Position numbers and translations under genes: made by a program. The notes beneath the pieces are model-generated. The model ran no database searches and was not told where the DNA came from. It worked only from the letters and a program-made list of their open reading frames with translations. This document shows, in pieces, positions 63,577 to 64,000 of a stretch of DNA of 64,000 nucleotides (positions are counted from its first letter, which is position 1; every line of letters starts with the position of its first letter). The DNA is taken from NCBI GenBank assembly GCA_040954595.2, contig CM082576.2, positions 18,213,028 through 18,277,027 of the forward strand, read 5' to 3'. The DNA comes from Balanoglossus misakiensis (Eukaryota > Animalia > Hemichordata).

Positions 63577-64000
63577 TTTTTTTTTTTTTTTAATTTATTT
63601 AATTTAATTTGGGAGATAAAGAATTTTACAGCGCTCAAAAAACAGATGCTGATACATTTAAAGGTACAGATACAGATTCAGTAACAAATATTACATATTA
63701 AATTGTGGTATATATTAAATTGTTGTATATGCAATTTCAAAGGAGATTCTCAAGTTACAGATATCATTAAACATCAAAATTTTCCCATTTCAGTAAAGCA
63801 TTCTCTATACATTTATTTCTTTTGGCAATATACATTTCCACTTTCTTCATAATTCGTACATTTATTTTCACAATATTGAAGGAAGGGAGACCTTACAATC
63901 ATAAATAGTATTCTTTGTGACAAGTATTACGCGATTTAAAAGTAAATTAAGAGATGCATCTCCCAAGAGAATTTGTTTAGCGGAAAGATTAGGAGGTGCA
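63577..64000 (-). mobile_element. L1/Tx1-type LINE 3' end with poly(A) tail (extends beyond the window)
   Basis: Minus strand reads QILLGDASLNLLLNRVILVTKNTIYDCK, frameshift, then FNIVKINVRIMKKVEMYIAKRNKCIENALLKWENFDV* (stop 63769-63767); 3' UTR; T15 at 63577-63591 is the poly(A). Confidence 0.8.

Overview
Repeat-saturated, AT-rich eukaryotic DNA; the transposon mix suggests a marine invertebrate, but that is inference. No host protein-coding gene can be supported. From left to right: (1) degenerate Helentron/HINE-type repeats and a LINE 3' remnant (2.1-6.3 kb). (2) A ~17-kb patchwork (6.8-24.1 kb) of a triplicated 1.33-kb segment interleaved with a head-to-tail ~0.85-0.9-kb Helentron-like unit, punctured by a double-hairpin insert, an L2-like 3' fragment and a deleted piggyBac. 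(3) A ~55-bp minisatellite. (4) A ~24-kb satellite array (26.6-50.5 kb) of 194/192/175-bp monomers organised as a 947-bp 5-mer higher-order repeat that shifts to a 1698-bp 9-mer. The array begins at a tRNA-like A/B-box sequence, contains a 2.8-kb TA-flanked TIR element and ends at a TTAA-flanked MITE. (5) A full-length Ngaro-type tyrosine-recombinase retrotransposon (A1-gag-RT/RH-YR-B1-A2-B2) whose disrupted ORF1 begins with a SAM-like domain. (6) A decayed Ty3/Gypsy (Mag-like) LTR element with both LTRs, carrying a nested 1.5-kb long-TIR element with a 7-bp TSD. (7) An L1/Tx1 3' end at the right edge. All alignments and counts were made by eye; no database searches were run.
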